This document shows positions 27,324 through 37,186 of a DNA stretch of 40,419 bases, in pieces. Numbering within the stretch: position 1 is the stretch's first letter; the number at the start of each line of letters is the position of its first letter. Both the position numbers and the translations under genes were made by a program. The notes beneath the pieces are model-generated. The model had not been told where the DNA came from and searched no databases. It saw nothing but the letters and a program-made list of their open reading frames with translations. Source of the stretch: a virus (Duplodnaviria > Caudoviricetes); IMG/VR virus record IMGVR_UViG_3300005077_000041, positions 1 to 40,419 of that record; one strand, written 5' to 3'.

Positions 27324-28228
27324 CACCAACCTCCTACTTGATCGATTCTTTTAACACGTTCCATAAGTGAATTATCGGGATAAATAACACCACTTTTCTT
27401 TTCGTTAACAACATCATTAACTTTGAAAACGTCATCTTGCTCTTTTACATGACTAATTTCACTTCCTGATAGAGAAGCACTTAAATTTCGACGTTCATCA
27501 ACCATAGTAATACAATGTACCTCCCACACATGTTGATCTTGTTGAAATTGATCTACTTTATCTTTCACATATGTAATTTCATAGTAAGATAAGGTATAAT
27601 GAGGACGTATTATATCTCCAACTTTTGGTTGATAACCACTTGTTGCATATTCAAAATGTTCTTTTGAAATATATAAAACAAATTCATCTAACGATCTGTA
27701 GCCAAGTACTGTGTTTGCACGATCTTCATCCGGAAGTTCATAATACACCATTACATCATATCGTTGTAATACACCTTCAAAAGGACCATTAATTCCTGAC
27801 GTCCATGTATTGCCAAATGCAGAAGCTATAAAAGAATCATTATCTTCACCCCATATTTTATTATATGTTGTATTAAATGTATTGGCATAATAAATCACCG
27901 GGACGCCCCACATATTATACATTTCCATCACAAGCATTTTATAGAGTTCTCGTTCCGGATCATATTCCGTATTTTCAGGACATTTTCGTAACCAACCATT
28001 TGGTAGGTTGCTTACTTCGTTATACTCAGGAAATAAAATAACACCAACAACGCAATCAAGTCCATAAGCAGATAAAATCATGCTGCCAGGGCCAGCTGTT
28101 ATTTCATTATTTATTCTAAATTCATACCAACCGTTAGTCCAAAGATCTGCTGCACCATTTATATCACCAGCCCATCCATTGAACATGCGGCCACGAATGT
28201 CGCTTATATGAAATTCGCGAGTTAACAT
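27323..28228 (-). CDS. Neck / head-closure protein, gp14-like copy 1 with N-terminal extension
   Basis: ERELY..LV.E..NMWGVPVIYY, IWGEDNDSF, PKVGDII, YYEITYV, VWEV.C; GGAGG RBS. Confidence 0.72.
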   Translation of the reverse strand: MLTREFHISDIRGRMFNGWAGDINGAADLWTNGWYEFRINNEITAGPGSMILSAYGLDCVVGVILFPEYNEVSNLPNGWLRKCPENTEYDPERELYKMLVMEMYNMWGVPVIYYANTFNTTYNKIWGEDNDSFIASAFGNTWTSGINGPFEGVLQRYDVMVYYELPDEDRANTVLGYRSLDEFVLYISKEHFEYATSGYQPKVGDIIRPHYTLSYYEITYVKDKVDQFQQDQHVWEVHCITMVDERRNLSASLSGSEISHVKEQDDVFKVNDVVNEKKSGVIYPDNSLMERVKRIDQVGGW

Positions 28229-28240
28229 GTGGCCTCCCTA

Positions 28241-31081
28241 TTAAATACGAATTCGACCTGTATTATTTCCACTTAAAGCAAACGCTGAAGTACTACTGTT
28301 TTGATAAAAATATCGAAGTACTTCTCCATCAACCTCAATTTTTCCAATACAGAATGAAAGCAATTTTTCCATAGCATCTTGAAGCGTTGTATTGTCTATT
28401 CCCCCGCTCAAAATTTGTGCTACTGTTATATCATTAAAATTTGTTTTATCAGCAACATAAACATTAACATTATTACCACTAAAAGAGAATTGATCTCTAA
28501 TAGCAAGAACGCAACCAGCTGATGTCTCATCTATTGATGCAGAAGCAGCCCAATATTCATTACCATGATCTCGTAAAGCTGCTGATGCATTTTGTACATC
28601 AGTTTCAGTTGCAATATTATTATTTGATAAACTATATTCAACTGCTGACAACGAATTTACATAAATTTCACTATTAGTATTTTTAAACTCTTCAAGTGTA
28701 ACATTTACACCTTGCACCTCAACAATATTTGCGCTTAACGAATTATTCATCAAGTAATTTACATCTGCAGTAATTTCATCTACCTTTGTTTCAATGTTAT
28801 CGACAGTTGTTTGTATATCAAAAACATCACCAGAAATAGAATCAATCTTTGTTTCATTAGTATTTAATTCGGCAATAATTTCATTTTTATTAGATGTAGC
28901 TGATATTTCTTTTGCTACACCATAATTTATTAAAGCGGTTTCAGCATCTGCAATAACATCAATAGCAATAACTTCAGCACTTACGCCAACAACAGCAGCA
29001 CTAACCTGTGCAAGTTGTGTTGTAGTTGCAAGTGTATCAATAATATATGTATCTGCACTAATTTGATTAACAGTTGTTTGTATATTATCAATCTTTGTTT
29101 CATTAGCATTGATTTCACTTTCTAAATTAGTTTCTACAGAATTAATTGTGTTAATAATATTATTCGAACTTGTCAACAGTTGTGTTGTGGTTGCAAGATT
29201 ACTTACATCTGCAGTTATCCATCCTTCATTACCTGATGTTAAAATATCATCACGAGCAGCGTTTATAACATCATTGAGACTATCTTCAATTGATCCCCCC
29301 ACAACAGAACCAATATTGCTATCTGCATCATATGAACGAATTGCTTTTGCAATAACATTCTTATTAAATTCTGAATCAGCAAGCTGTGCAGCACCAGGTT
29401 CCTCATCAAAAAGTGTTGTAGTACGTCCATAATGTAATTCTACTGTATTTTCTTTTAATGCAAAATCAAAAAGAATTTGATCTGGAAGAACAAACGCTGA
29501 AGTAACAAATTTATAATTAATTTCATATACACCAACACCCAAACGAGTCATCAGATAATAATCGCCACCAAATGTTGAAGAAGAAGTAGCAGGTGTTGTT
29601 GCTGAAATATCATCAAAAAATTCACGAAGCACAGATACTTGTCTAACTGAATTAGCTTCAATGGCCAATTCATTTGAATCAGGATCCTCCATAGTACCGC
29701 TTGTATTATAGAAAAATGCTTTAATGCGATATACTTGACTGCCTGAAACAGGAACAATTACAATTGTTGGAACGGCTGCAGCAAAACGAGTATTTTGTAA
29801 AATAGAAGCAATATCATTTTCACCAGCAATGTTTCCACCATCCAAAGGAAGTTTATTCTGAATTTCATTGGTGTCAATAATAATTGTATTAACATCTGCA
29901 GTAATTTCATCTACTTTTGTTTCAATATCATCAATAGTTGTTTGTATATTATCAATCTTTGTTTCATTAGCATTGATCTCAACAACAATGTCAGCACTAA
30001 CCTGTGCAAGCTGTAATGTGGTTGCAAGTGTATCAATAATAGACGTATCTGCTGTTAACACATCTACTTTTGTTTCAATATCATCAACAGTTGTTTGTAT
30101 ATTATCAATTTTTGTTTCGTTAACATTGATTTCTGTTGCAATATCAGCACTAACCTGTGCAAGCTGTAATGTGGTTGCAAGTGTAGGTATCAACGATGTA
30201 TTAGCTGAAACAGCATTGATCTTTGTTTCGTTAGCATTTAATTCGGCAATAATTTCATTTTTATCTGATGTTAATTCTGTACGTGTTGGTGGATCATATG
30301 TATTTAAAGCTGAAGTTGCCATATTAAAAATTTCAGTATTGGTATTTTTAAAATCTTCAATATTAACATTGTTACCATCTACTTGAACAATATTTGCAGA
30401 AATAGGTTGTATATTATTAATTGCTGTTTGTACGTCTGTTATACCAGCAGCATTAAGTTCAACACCATTAGTTTTTATATCGTTTATATCAGCTGTTAAC
30501 ACATCTACCTTTGTTTCGGTACTATCAACAGTTGTTTGTATATTATCGATTTTTGTTTCATTAACATTGATTTCCGTCACAATATCAGCACTAACCTGTG
30601 CAAGTTGTGTGGTATTTATAACATTTTCACTTTCAATTGCTGAAACAGCTGCATTATAAACAGTTGCACTGGTAATATCAGTTAGATCATCAAAAGTATT
30701 TTTTGTACCTGCAATACCATTAATATAATTATTATTATCAAAAACAGCACGCAACTGATAACCAATTAAATGTATTAATATGGTTTGTTCCTGTATTTCA
30801 TCTGCATTAAATTTAAGTAACACATAATCATCATTGCCTGAATTTGGATTCATTTCTCCTGAAGTACAAGTAATGAACCACTCACCAGTGTTTGCAATTT
30901 CTATAGGTGTATTAGAAAGAGTAGCCGATGTTACGTCTTGAGAATCACTCCAAGATATAATAAGTGCAGTAGCATTTGTTAATGAACCCCAAGCTGTACC
31001 TGTAAAATAATCTGAACCAGCTGAGGTAATAAGCGGAAACGCTATTCTTGTTTCTTTTGCTTTCTGTCGAATAATTTCCAT
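28241..31081 (-). CDS. Long coiled-coil fibre protein with internal repeats (fibritin/whisker-like by position)
   Basis: Repeated LATT.QLAQVSADI..EIN.NETKIDNIQTTVD.IETKVD..TAD units separated by globular segments. Confidence 0.7.
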   Translation of the reverse strand: MEIIRQKAKETRIAFPLITSAGSDYFTGTAWGSLTNATALIISWSDSQDVTSATLSNTPIEIANTGEWFITCTSGEMNPNSGNDDYVLLKFNADEIQEQTILIHLIGYQLRAVFDNNNYINGIAGTKNTFDDLTDITSATVYNAAVSAIESENVINTTQLAQVSADIVTEINVNETKIDNIQTTVDSTETKVDVLTADINDIKTNGVELNAAGITDVQTAINNIQPISANIVQVDGNNVNIEDFKNTNTEIFNMATSALNTYDPPTRTELTSDKNEIIAELNANETKINAVSANTSLIPTLATTLQLAQVSADIATEINVNETKIDNIQTTVDDIETKVDVLTADTSIIDTLATTLQLAQVSADIVVEINANETKIDNIQTTIDDIETKVDEITADVNTIIIDTNEIQNKLPLDGGNIAGENDIASILQNTRFAAAVPTIVIVPVSGSQVYRIKAFFYNTSGTMEDPDSNELAIEANSVRQVSVLREFFDDISATTPATSSSTFGGDYYLMTRLGVGVYEINYKFVTSAFVLPDQILFDFALKENTVELHYGRTTTLFDEEPGAAQLADSEFNKNVIAKAIRSYDADSNIGSVVGGSIEDSLNDVINAARDDILTSGNEGWITADVSNLATTTQLLTSSNNIINTINSVETNLESEINANETKIDNIQTTVNQISADTYIIDTLATTTQLAQVSAAVVGVSAEVIAIDVIADAETALINYGVAKEISATSNKNEIIAELNTNETKIDSISGDVFDIQTTVDNIETKVDEITADVNYLMNNSLSANIVEVQGVNVTLEEFKNTNSEIYVNSLSAVEYSLSNNNIATETDVQNASAALRDHGNEYWAASASIDETSAGCVLAIRDQFSFSGNNVNVYVADKTNFNDITVAQILSGGIDNTTLQDAMEKLLSFCIGKIEVDGEVLRYFYQNSSTSAFALSGNNTGRIRI
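28760..30620 (-). repeat. Dispersed and tandem ~153-nt (51-aa) intragenic repeats
   Basis: Near-identical DNA such as tcagcactaacctgtgcaagctgtaatgtggttgcaagtgta near 29990 and 30143; related copies near 28990 and 30585. Confidence 0.85.
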
Positions 31082-34000
31082 TTATAAAACTCCTCTTAAA
31101 ATACCTCTTGCAACTCCACGCAATACATCTCTAAGTATTTTTATATCTATGGACGCAATATTTAGAGTTATTTGTGCTATTACTTGTCCACAACAATTTG
31201 ACACTATTAAATAATATGTTGTTGCTGATGTTGGTGAAACAACTATAGAACCAGTCAATAAATTTAATTCTGGTGTACCTATTGTCCATATTCTACTATT
31301 ATTTATATTTAAGTTGTTAGTCGTCTTTACCCAATTTTCACTTCTCATTATATTTGAATATCTTACTTCGGCAACTCCATAAGTTTCAGAAAACCAATTT
31401 GCACCAATAAATAAGTCAGCTGTTCCACCAGATATTTCTGTAACACCAATATTAGTTCCTATCAAATTAGTATCAACGTGTAAAGTTGCTGAAGAACCTT
31501 CTTGACCTCTTCCAGCATAACTATACCAATTACCGTTATTATTAGCTGAAACTGAATTTTCAATTGACCAACCACCAAGACTGGAACCATACCATGCTAA
31601 ACCACCACTTATAATTGAAGCATAAAATGCTCTATCACTAATAGAATTTTGTTGCATTATTATTGATGGATAATTTGTACTATATTCACTTGTTTTAACT
31701 AAAAATTCTATAGTTACAGCACTTGTATTGAATTCTAAATCATTTGGAACATTTATATAAGTAGAAGAAAAACCAATAAAAAGTCCTCTACCAACTGGTG
31801 TATTTGTACTTGACAACGTTCCTGTTATATTACCATTATTATCATATTGTGTGCTATCGTATATTGTTGTTCCAGAAGTTTCATCTAAATGCCAAACACC
31901 AACATAATTGTCATCCCAAACACTCTCACTACCATAAACAGATGAAGTTACTGGTTGTGTTGTCGTTCCACTTATTGTTCCCCAATAAAGATAAAATTCA
32001 TTATCTAAAGAATCAGATGAAATATTTAATGCATTAATACTCTTAAAGTAAATTGTACCTTTTTTATTAGCAGTATCAATGTATCCAATTTCAAGTGGTA
32101 ATTGATTACCACTTATATCAGAAACAATTAAATCTCCACCATCAGATTGAATATTTTCCCAAAATGGACTTAGTAAACTACTACTCGTTGTTGCACCTGA
32201 AAGATTAGCAAGATTAAAAGTTAGTGGAAAACCTACCTCATTGGTAAATACTTCATTTTTATCAAGAATTATTTTTAATCTATACAATCTATCGAAATCA
32301 TATTCAACAGCTGAGACAATAATTTCATCATTAGCTGAAATTATTATTGATGAAGATTTACAAGCTGATACATATGATGTGTATGTTTGTGTATCTGTAG
32401 TTTTTTCTTCAATAAAACCAGAGTTCCAAAATACATTATTCGCACTAAACATTTTTTCCTGAATAGTTGTCCAACTTTCTGAAACAGTTGCTGACATTAA
32501 ACGAACTTCATCAATATATCCTTTAAAAAATCTATTATAAGTAGGATCATCACCAATTCTCCAAACAACTGCTGGTGTACAAGTAATAGCATTATGAGTA
32601 ACTGCATTTGTAGTATCTGTTCCACTTACTCTACATATTGCAGACGTTGAATTTATTCTCCAAGAATAATAAAAAAATCTATCAGTTGGTACAACTTTAT
32701 TAGGATCATAAGTGTATGTATTTCCTTGATCTTTCCAATGATATTCAATTTCATTGCTTGTACGAATACCTGGACCTGTTGCTGGAATTCCTTCTCCATT
32801 ATTTCTTGCTCTTACAACAATACCATAAGGATTATTACCAGTATTATCAACTTTAATAAAACTTTCAAACGTCATATTTTGTAAACTGGTAAATGAAACT
32901 CCACTAAATGACATATAATCACTCGTTCCATCAAAATCATAATAAGATGATGATGTTTGAGTTGCTCCATTATTTGTCAAAATAGAAGCCTTACCAGTCG
33001 ATTCACTTGTATTATGTAAATGATAAACTGCTAAATAATTATTACTCCATACATCGTTTCTTCCATAAGTAGCAGAAACGTCTGGTTGTGTTGCTCCTGC
33101 TTTACCAAAATAAATATAGTAAATATTACTTGCTGAAGTTTTTAGTGGGCCAGGGTCTTTAAAATATATTTCTCCTGTTTTATTTGAACCACTCAAATAA
33201 ACAATTTCAAGAGGAACTCTTGTTGTTCCATCTGAAAGAGTAATTAATAAATCTCCACCATTAGTTTCAATATTTGACCAAAAATCATTATTAGCTGAAA
33301 TATTTGCCAAATTATAATACATTGGAATATTTGTTTCCGCTGATGTAATAAAATTACCAGCTGAAATAGGAAGACGATATAATCTATCAATTTCCCAAGA
33401 ACTTGTTGGTACTACAGAAGCAGAACACCAACAATCTGGTTTTTCAATTTCCCAATTAAGTGTAGCACTTTGTCCGATATCAATTGTTGTTAAATTTGAT
33501 TCAAAAGTATTCACAATAGGAATTTGATTTACCCAAACAACTACTGATGATTCTGTTATCGGTATTATTTCATCATCATCGTATACTGATAAAATATATT
33601 CTGTTGTTGCTGATGGTGTTACTGATGATGTTCCAGAAAGAATATTATTATCTAATGATTCAAAAGTAAAAGCTATTGATGCATTTCTTACTGAAGCTGA
33701 AGTTGAACTTGCTGATAAATTATATAAATTATTTGCTGAGGCAACTAAATAACCATTAAGAGTTAAAGCTGCTACATTGGTTGTTCCTGATATAACTGCA
33801 CTATTAATATATTGTTGATTGTTATTAAAATCAAATTCATAACCAGCAGTACCATATCCGTTAATAAATGATTGAATTATTACATCACCTTGATCTGCTG
33901 AAATTGAATTTGCAATTGAATTTGCGGAAACAATAGAAGCTGAATTTGTAAATTTTGGAGCTATTTGTTCAACATTATGAATTGTAAAAGAAGCAATACC

Positions 34001-35596
34001 AAAACCAGTATTTGTTACAGAAGTAGCATATGGTCCACTAAAAGTTATAACAATGTTTTCAGCTGAACCTGCTATTGGTATTTCTTCATCTTCACATAAT
34101 AAATACCAAGCAGCTAATGTATTATTATAAGATGAAGAGGTACCAACATTTGCTGATACAGCAAAATTCATATTTTTAGTACCCCATTTACAAGAAATTG
34201 GTTGAGCACTACTACCAGTAGCATCATTATCATTTTCACCAGCAAATATTACAACAAAAATTCTATTTTCACCTTCGTCAATTGAATGTCCTGAAAAAGT
34301 TGCTGAAGTTAAATTGTTATAAGTATAATTAGCTGAAATTTCACCAATTGTAGGTGAAATTGGAAATAATTCTGATTGAGCAGAATACCCTAAAGGTGTG
34401 ATAGTAGCTATGAAATTATTTGTTCCACTTATATCCCAATTCAATACAGCAGACGTTCCACTACAAATAATATTTTCAGAAACATTAAACGTTTTGATTG
34501 TAAATAAACCAGATGGTGTTGGTGTTGCTGAGGTAAAATACTCAATAACTTCAAAATACGAAACAATGTCATCGTTGTTTGTTCCAACCCTATATGCACT
34601 AACTGTAGTTGAATCAACTAATTCTGTTATTGTTTTGCATCTTGATGGTATTTTGTTACTGGTACCTGCACTAGCACTTGTTTGAATATTAAAACCACCA
34701 AGAGCTCCAGGAGAAAGAAAAGATGCACTCATTTCAACAGAAGTAGAGATGGTTGCAGAATTTCCTGTTTCTGCTCCTATTGATACATGTCCTCTTTGTA
34801 CTCTTAGGTTGTTAGCTTCAATTACATAAAATTGATATTTCCATTCAACTCCACTATCAGCAGTGTCTCTGAATAAATTAATATTTGAACCATCGTCAGC
34901 GAGTTGATAATTCCACAAAGATGATGCTGACATAATTGCATCATTGGTGTTAATATAATATCTTCCATATACCCAAGATTTTGAAGCATCTACTGCAGTT
35001 GGAATAGCAATTGTTGCTGATGTTGTTGCTGATGTAAACGTACCAGAAATAGATTGAACTGTCCAATTAGGATTTTCAACAACTTGGTAACTTATTTTTT
35101 CACTAAAGACCAAACCAACTTTAGCTACATTTACAGTTGATGAATCAGACAAATAAACGTAAAGAGCTTCATTAGAAGTATTATTACCACCAGCATCTCC
35201 ACCAAAATTAGTTAATACAAAAGTATTATCTACATTTACTGCTGATATTGTGATAGGAAAGTTTCCATAATTTGTTTCAAATCCATGTTGACCAGTACAT
35301 CCATAATCTGTTTCAAATCCATGTTGAACAGTACACTCATCATCTTCAATAATGTATAGTTTGTAGATATTAGTATTACCTGAATCATCCACTGGAACTG
35401 TTATAGCAACAGCTTCACCGTTAGCAGAAAGTTGAACAGACGCCATAGTACGACGCCATTCATCAAGACCAGAAGCACGGGTCATACCAGCCAAAATGAT
35501 AAAGGTATTTTCCGGATTTACAGCACTGATAGCAGACACAACAGGTGTTGAGGTGGACACCTCAACATATAATTCTTGTATGGAAACTAAAGCCAT
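31082..35596 (-). CDS. Large modular virion fibre/adhesin with two DUF2341-like plus LamG/concanavalin-like modules
   Basis: Two copies of DRLYRL...FW.NI...GGDL.......PLEI.Y.....K.G.IYFK...Y.Y.G....QP.....YG...VW...Y..V.HL...EVR; FFKGYIDEVRL; Ig-like SA.LNW.I spacers. Confidence 0.78.
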   Translation of the reverse strand: MALVSIQELYVEVSTSTPVVSAISAVNPENTFIILAGMTRASGLDEWRRTMASVQLSANGEAVAITVPVDDSGNTNIYKLYIIEDDECTVQHGFETDYGCTGQHGFETNYGNFPITISAVNVDNTFVLTNFGGDAGGNNTSNEALYVYLSDSSTVNVAKVGLVFSEKISYQVVENPNWTVQSISGTFTSATTSATIAIPTAVDASKSWVYGRYYINTNDAIMSASSLWNYQLADDGSNINLFRDTADSGVEWKYQFYVIEANNLRVQRGHVSIGAETGNSATISTSVEMSASFLSPGALGGFNIQTSASAGTSNKIPSRCKTITELVDSTTVSAYRVGTNNDDIVSYFEVIEYFTSATPTPSGLFTIKTFNVSENIICSGTSAVLNWDISGTNNFIATITPLGYSAQSELFPISPTIGEISANYTYNNLTSATFSGHSIDEGENRIFVVIFAGENDNDATGSSAQPISCKWGTKNMNFAVSANVGTSSSYNNTLAAWYLLCEDEEIPIAGSAENIVITFSGPYATSVTNTGFGIASFTIHNVEQIAPKFTNSASIVSANSIANSISADQGDVIIQSFINGYGTAGYEFDFNNNQQYINSAVISGTTNVAALTLNGYLVASANNLYNLSASSTSASVRNASIAFTFESLDNNILSGTSSVTPSATTEYILSVYDDDEIIPITESSVVVWVNQIPIVNTFESNLTTIDIGQSATLNWEIEKPDCWCSASVVPTSSWEIDRLYRLPISAGNFITSAETNIPMYYNLANISANNDFWSNIETNGGDLLITLSDGTTRVPLEIVYLSGSNKTGEIYFKDPGPLKTSASNIYYIYFGKAGATQPDVSATYGRNDVWSNNYLAVYHLHNTSESTGKASILTNNGATQTSSSYYDFDGTSDYMSFSGVSFTSLQNMTFESFIKVDNTGNNPYGIVVRARNNGEGIPATGPGIRTSNEIEYHWKDQGNTYTYDPNKVVPTDRFFYYSWRINSTSAICRVSGTDTTNAVTHNAITCTPAVVWRIGDDPTYNRFFKGYIDEVRLMSATVSESWTTIQEKMFSANNVFWNSGFIEEKTTDTQTYTSYVSACKSSSIIISANDEIIVSAVEYDFDRLYRLKIILDKNEVFTNEVGFPLTFNLANLSGATTSSSLLSPFWENIQSDGGDLIVSDISGNQLPLEIGYIDTANKKGTIYFKSINALNISSDSLDNEFYLYWGTISGTTTQPVTSSVYGSESVWDDNYVGVWHLDETSGTTIYDSTQYDNNGNITGTLSSTNTPVGRGLFIGFSSTYINVPNDLEFNTSAVTIEFLVKTSEYSTNYPSIIMQQNSISDRAFYASIISGGLAWYGSSLGGWSIENSVSANNNGNWYSYAGRGQEGSSATLHVDTNLIGTNIGVTEISGGTADLFIGANWFSETYGVAEVRYSNIMRSENWVKTTNNLNINNSRIWTIGTPELNLLTGSIVVSPTSATTYYLIVSNCCGQVIAQITLNIASIDIKILRDVLRGVARGILRGVL
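35265..35335 (-). repeat. 36-nt in-frame tandem duplication (CTVQHGFETDYG / CTGQHGFETNYG)
   Basis: ccataatttgtttcaaatccatgttgaccagtacat followed by ccataatctgtttcaaatccatgttgaacagtaca; two mismatches over 35 nt. Confidence 0.9.
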
Positions 35597-35641
35597 TTAT
35601 AAACCCTTTATTGATGTGTCAAATACTGATTATATTTGACA

Positions 35642-36088
35642 TTATGTGAGTGCTACAATACCGTAGGTACTATTCCAAACTAATGTAAAGCTACCATTTT
35701 CAGCTTTTTTTTCTTCCCCAAAGGATAAATAACAAACTACCAAACTATCTATTAATCGATAAATAACACATCCATATGATGTTAATGTTACTGCTGGCCA
35801 AACAATATTATCAGCAGAAAGATGTTGTTGAAACCCTATTGGTGAACCGGCTGAAACAATAACTGTTCCAGAAAGACCTATACCGCCCGATGTATAATTT
35901 GTACCAACAATTTCATATCCTGCTGCTTGAATATCACCAGAAAATGTTACCCAACTGCGTTTTATATTATCTGTAACTGCATCACATGCTGATGTGGTAA
36001 GAGCAACGTAGAAAACATCATCATCGAAATCAACAAGACCCTGTATAAATTGATTTTTCAATTCATTTGGTACAATATTATTAGCCAT
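35642..36088 (-). CDS. Small virion structural protein
   Basis: MAN.......K.....G.VDFDDD.FYVAL.TS...EI.GTNYT.GG..L...AD..WP..T.....VIY...NG.FTL.WN pattern common in phage structural genes; GAGGAGG RBS. Confidence 0.7.
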   Translation of the reverse strand: MANNIVPNELKNQFIQGLVDFDDDVFYVALTTSACDAVTDNIKRSWVTFSGDIQAAGYEIVGTNYTSGGIGLSGTVIVSAGSPIGFQQHLSADNIVWPAVTLTSYGCVIYRLIDSLVVCYLSFGEEKKAENGSFTLVWNSTYGIVALT

Positions 36089-36107
36089 TGTTTATCCTCC
36101 TCTTGTT

Positions 36108-36410
36108 TTAAACAAGATCCTTTGCACGAGAAGCACATGATGATATATTTGATTTTTGTTGAATTGTGCCACCAACATTAATTTTATTTTTTGGTGGTTT
36201 TAAATCACCCAAACCTTCACATATTTGTGCAGCTCTCTTGCTCCATTCACGTGGATTAAAAATTGGTGAATTTATTTCACTTTTTTCTTTACTATGTTCA
36301 ATAACCTCAGTCTTTACTTGTTCATTAACCTTTGTTTTTACTTTTGGTGGTAATTTAGGGGTAGATTCAACTGTTGATAAATACTCCATGAAAGATAGTT
36401 TATCAATCAT
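36108..36410 (-). CDS. Hypothetical protein
   Basis: ATGA-coupled with GGAGG upstream; N-terminus MIDKLSFMEYLSTVE. Confidence 0.6.
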   Translation of the reverse strand: MIDKLSFMEYLSTVESTPKLPPKVKTKVNEQVKTEVIEHSKEKSEINSPIFNPREWSKRAAQICEGLGDLKPPKNKINVGGTIQQKSNISSCASRAKDLV

Positions 36411-37159
36411 ATTATTTTTCCTCCACTAATATGATTATCAATGTTAACATGAAATTGTTTAACAAGATCATTAATTTGTTTTGTTGCATTATTAAAAATA
36501 GTTTTTGCATTAATATATACTTCAAAAACTAAATCTTCAATTTGTCGTTCATCTAATTTTTGAAATCGATGTTTAAGAGGAACTATCATACCTTCCTGTG
36601 GATAACTATTCAACATATATTGTTGTGCAATTCTAATTAAATCTTTAGTTTTATTTTTTACGTATGAAGCAAAACGTTCTGTATCTAATTCATGAAAACC
36701 ATTTTCTTTACACGAACGATAAATTTCTTTTGCAACCAATCGAAAAGCATTATGAATAGCTTCTTGATAAATAACATATTCTTTAAATTCCACCATTAGT
36801 CGTTCTGTTTCAATAACCATATTTTTTGGTCTAAAACTTACTTGATCATCTTTATAATCTTGTAAAAGCCATAATTCATATTCCTCAAGTTTTTGTTCAG
36901 CAAAACGTTTTTGAATTTCAAAAATATTATCACGAATATTATCTACTTCAGCATCGTGTTTAAGCCAAATACCATATGCAATCATCATACAATCTGAACA
37001 CGAACGCTTATTGTTGATTTTTTTTGATCTTATTTTTGGAAGTAAACTTTTTATTGAATCAATTTTCCACAGTGCCACAATCATCAATACCAATAACAAT
37101 ATGATAATTAATATTGGGGCTGGAATTGCAATTAACCAAGTTGCTATTACATTCCACAT
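36407..37159 (-). CDS. Membrane-anchored protein (single N-terminal TM helix), holin candidate
   Basis: IAIPAPILIIILLLVLMIVALW hydrophobic stretch followed by a basic patch and a helical domain; AAGGAG RBS. Confidence 0.55.
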   Translation of the reverse strand: MWNVIATWLIAIPAPILIIILLLVLMIVALWKIDSIKSLLPKIRSKKINNKRSCSDCMMIAYGIWLKHDAEVDNIRDNIFEIQKRFAEQKLEEYELWLLQDYKDDQVSFRPKNMVIETERLMVEFKEYVIYQEAIHNAFRLVAKEIYRSCKENGFHELDTERFASYVKNKTKDLIRIAQQYMLNSYPQEGMIVPLKHRFQKLDERQIEDLVFEVYINAKTIFNNATKQINDLVKQFHVNIDNHISGGKII

Positions 37160-37186
37160 TTGTTTCTCCTTTGTGTTATATGTTGT

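Noticed and set aside
28760-35335. CRISPR array or DGR template/variable repeats
   Set aside because: Repeats are in frame within coding sequence, lack unique spacers, and no cas or reverse transcriptase gene is in the window.
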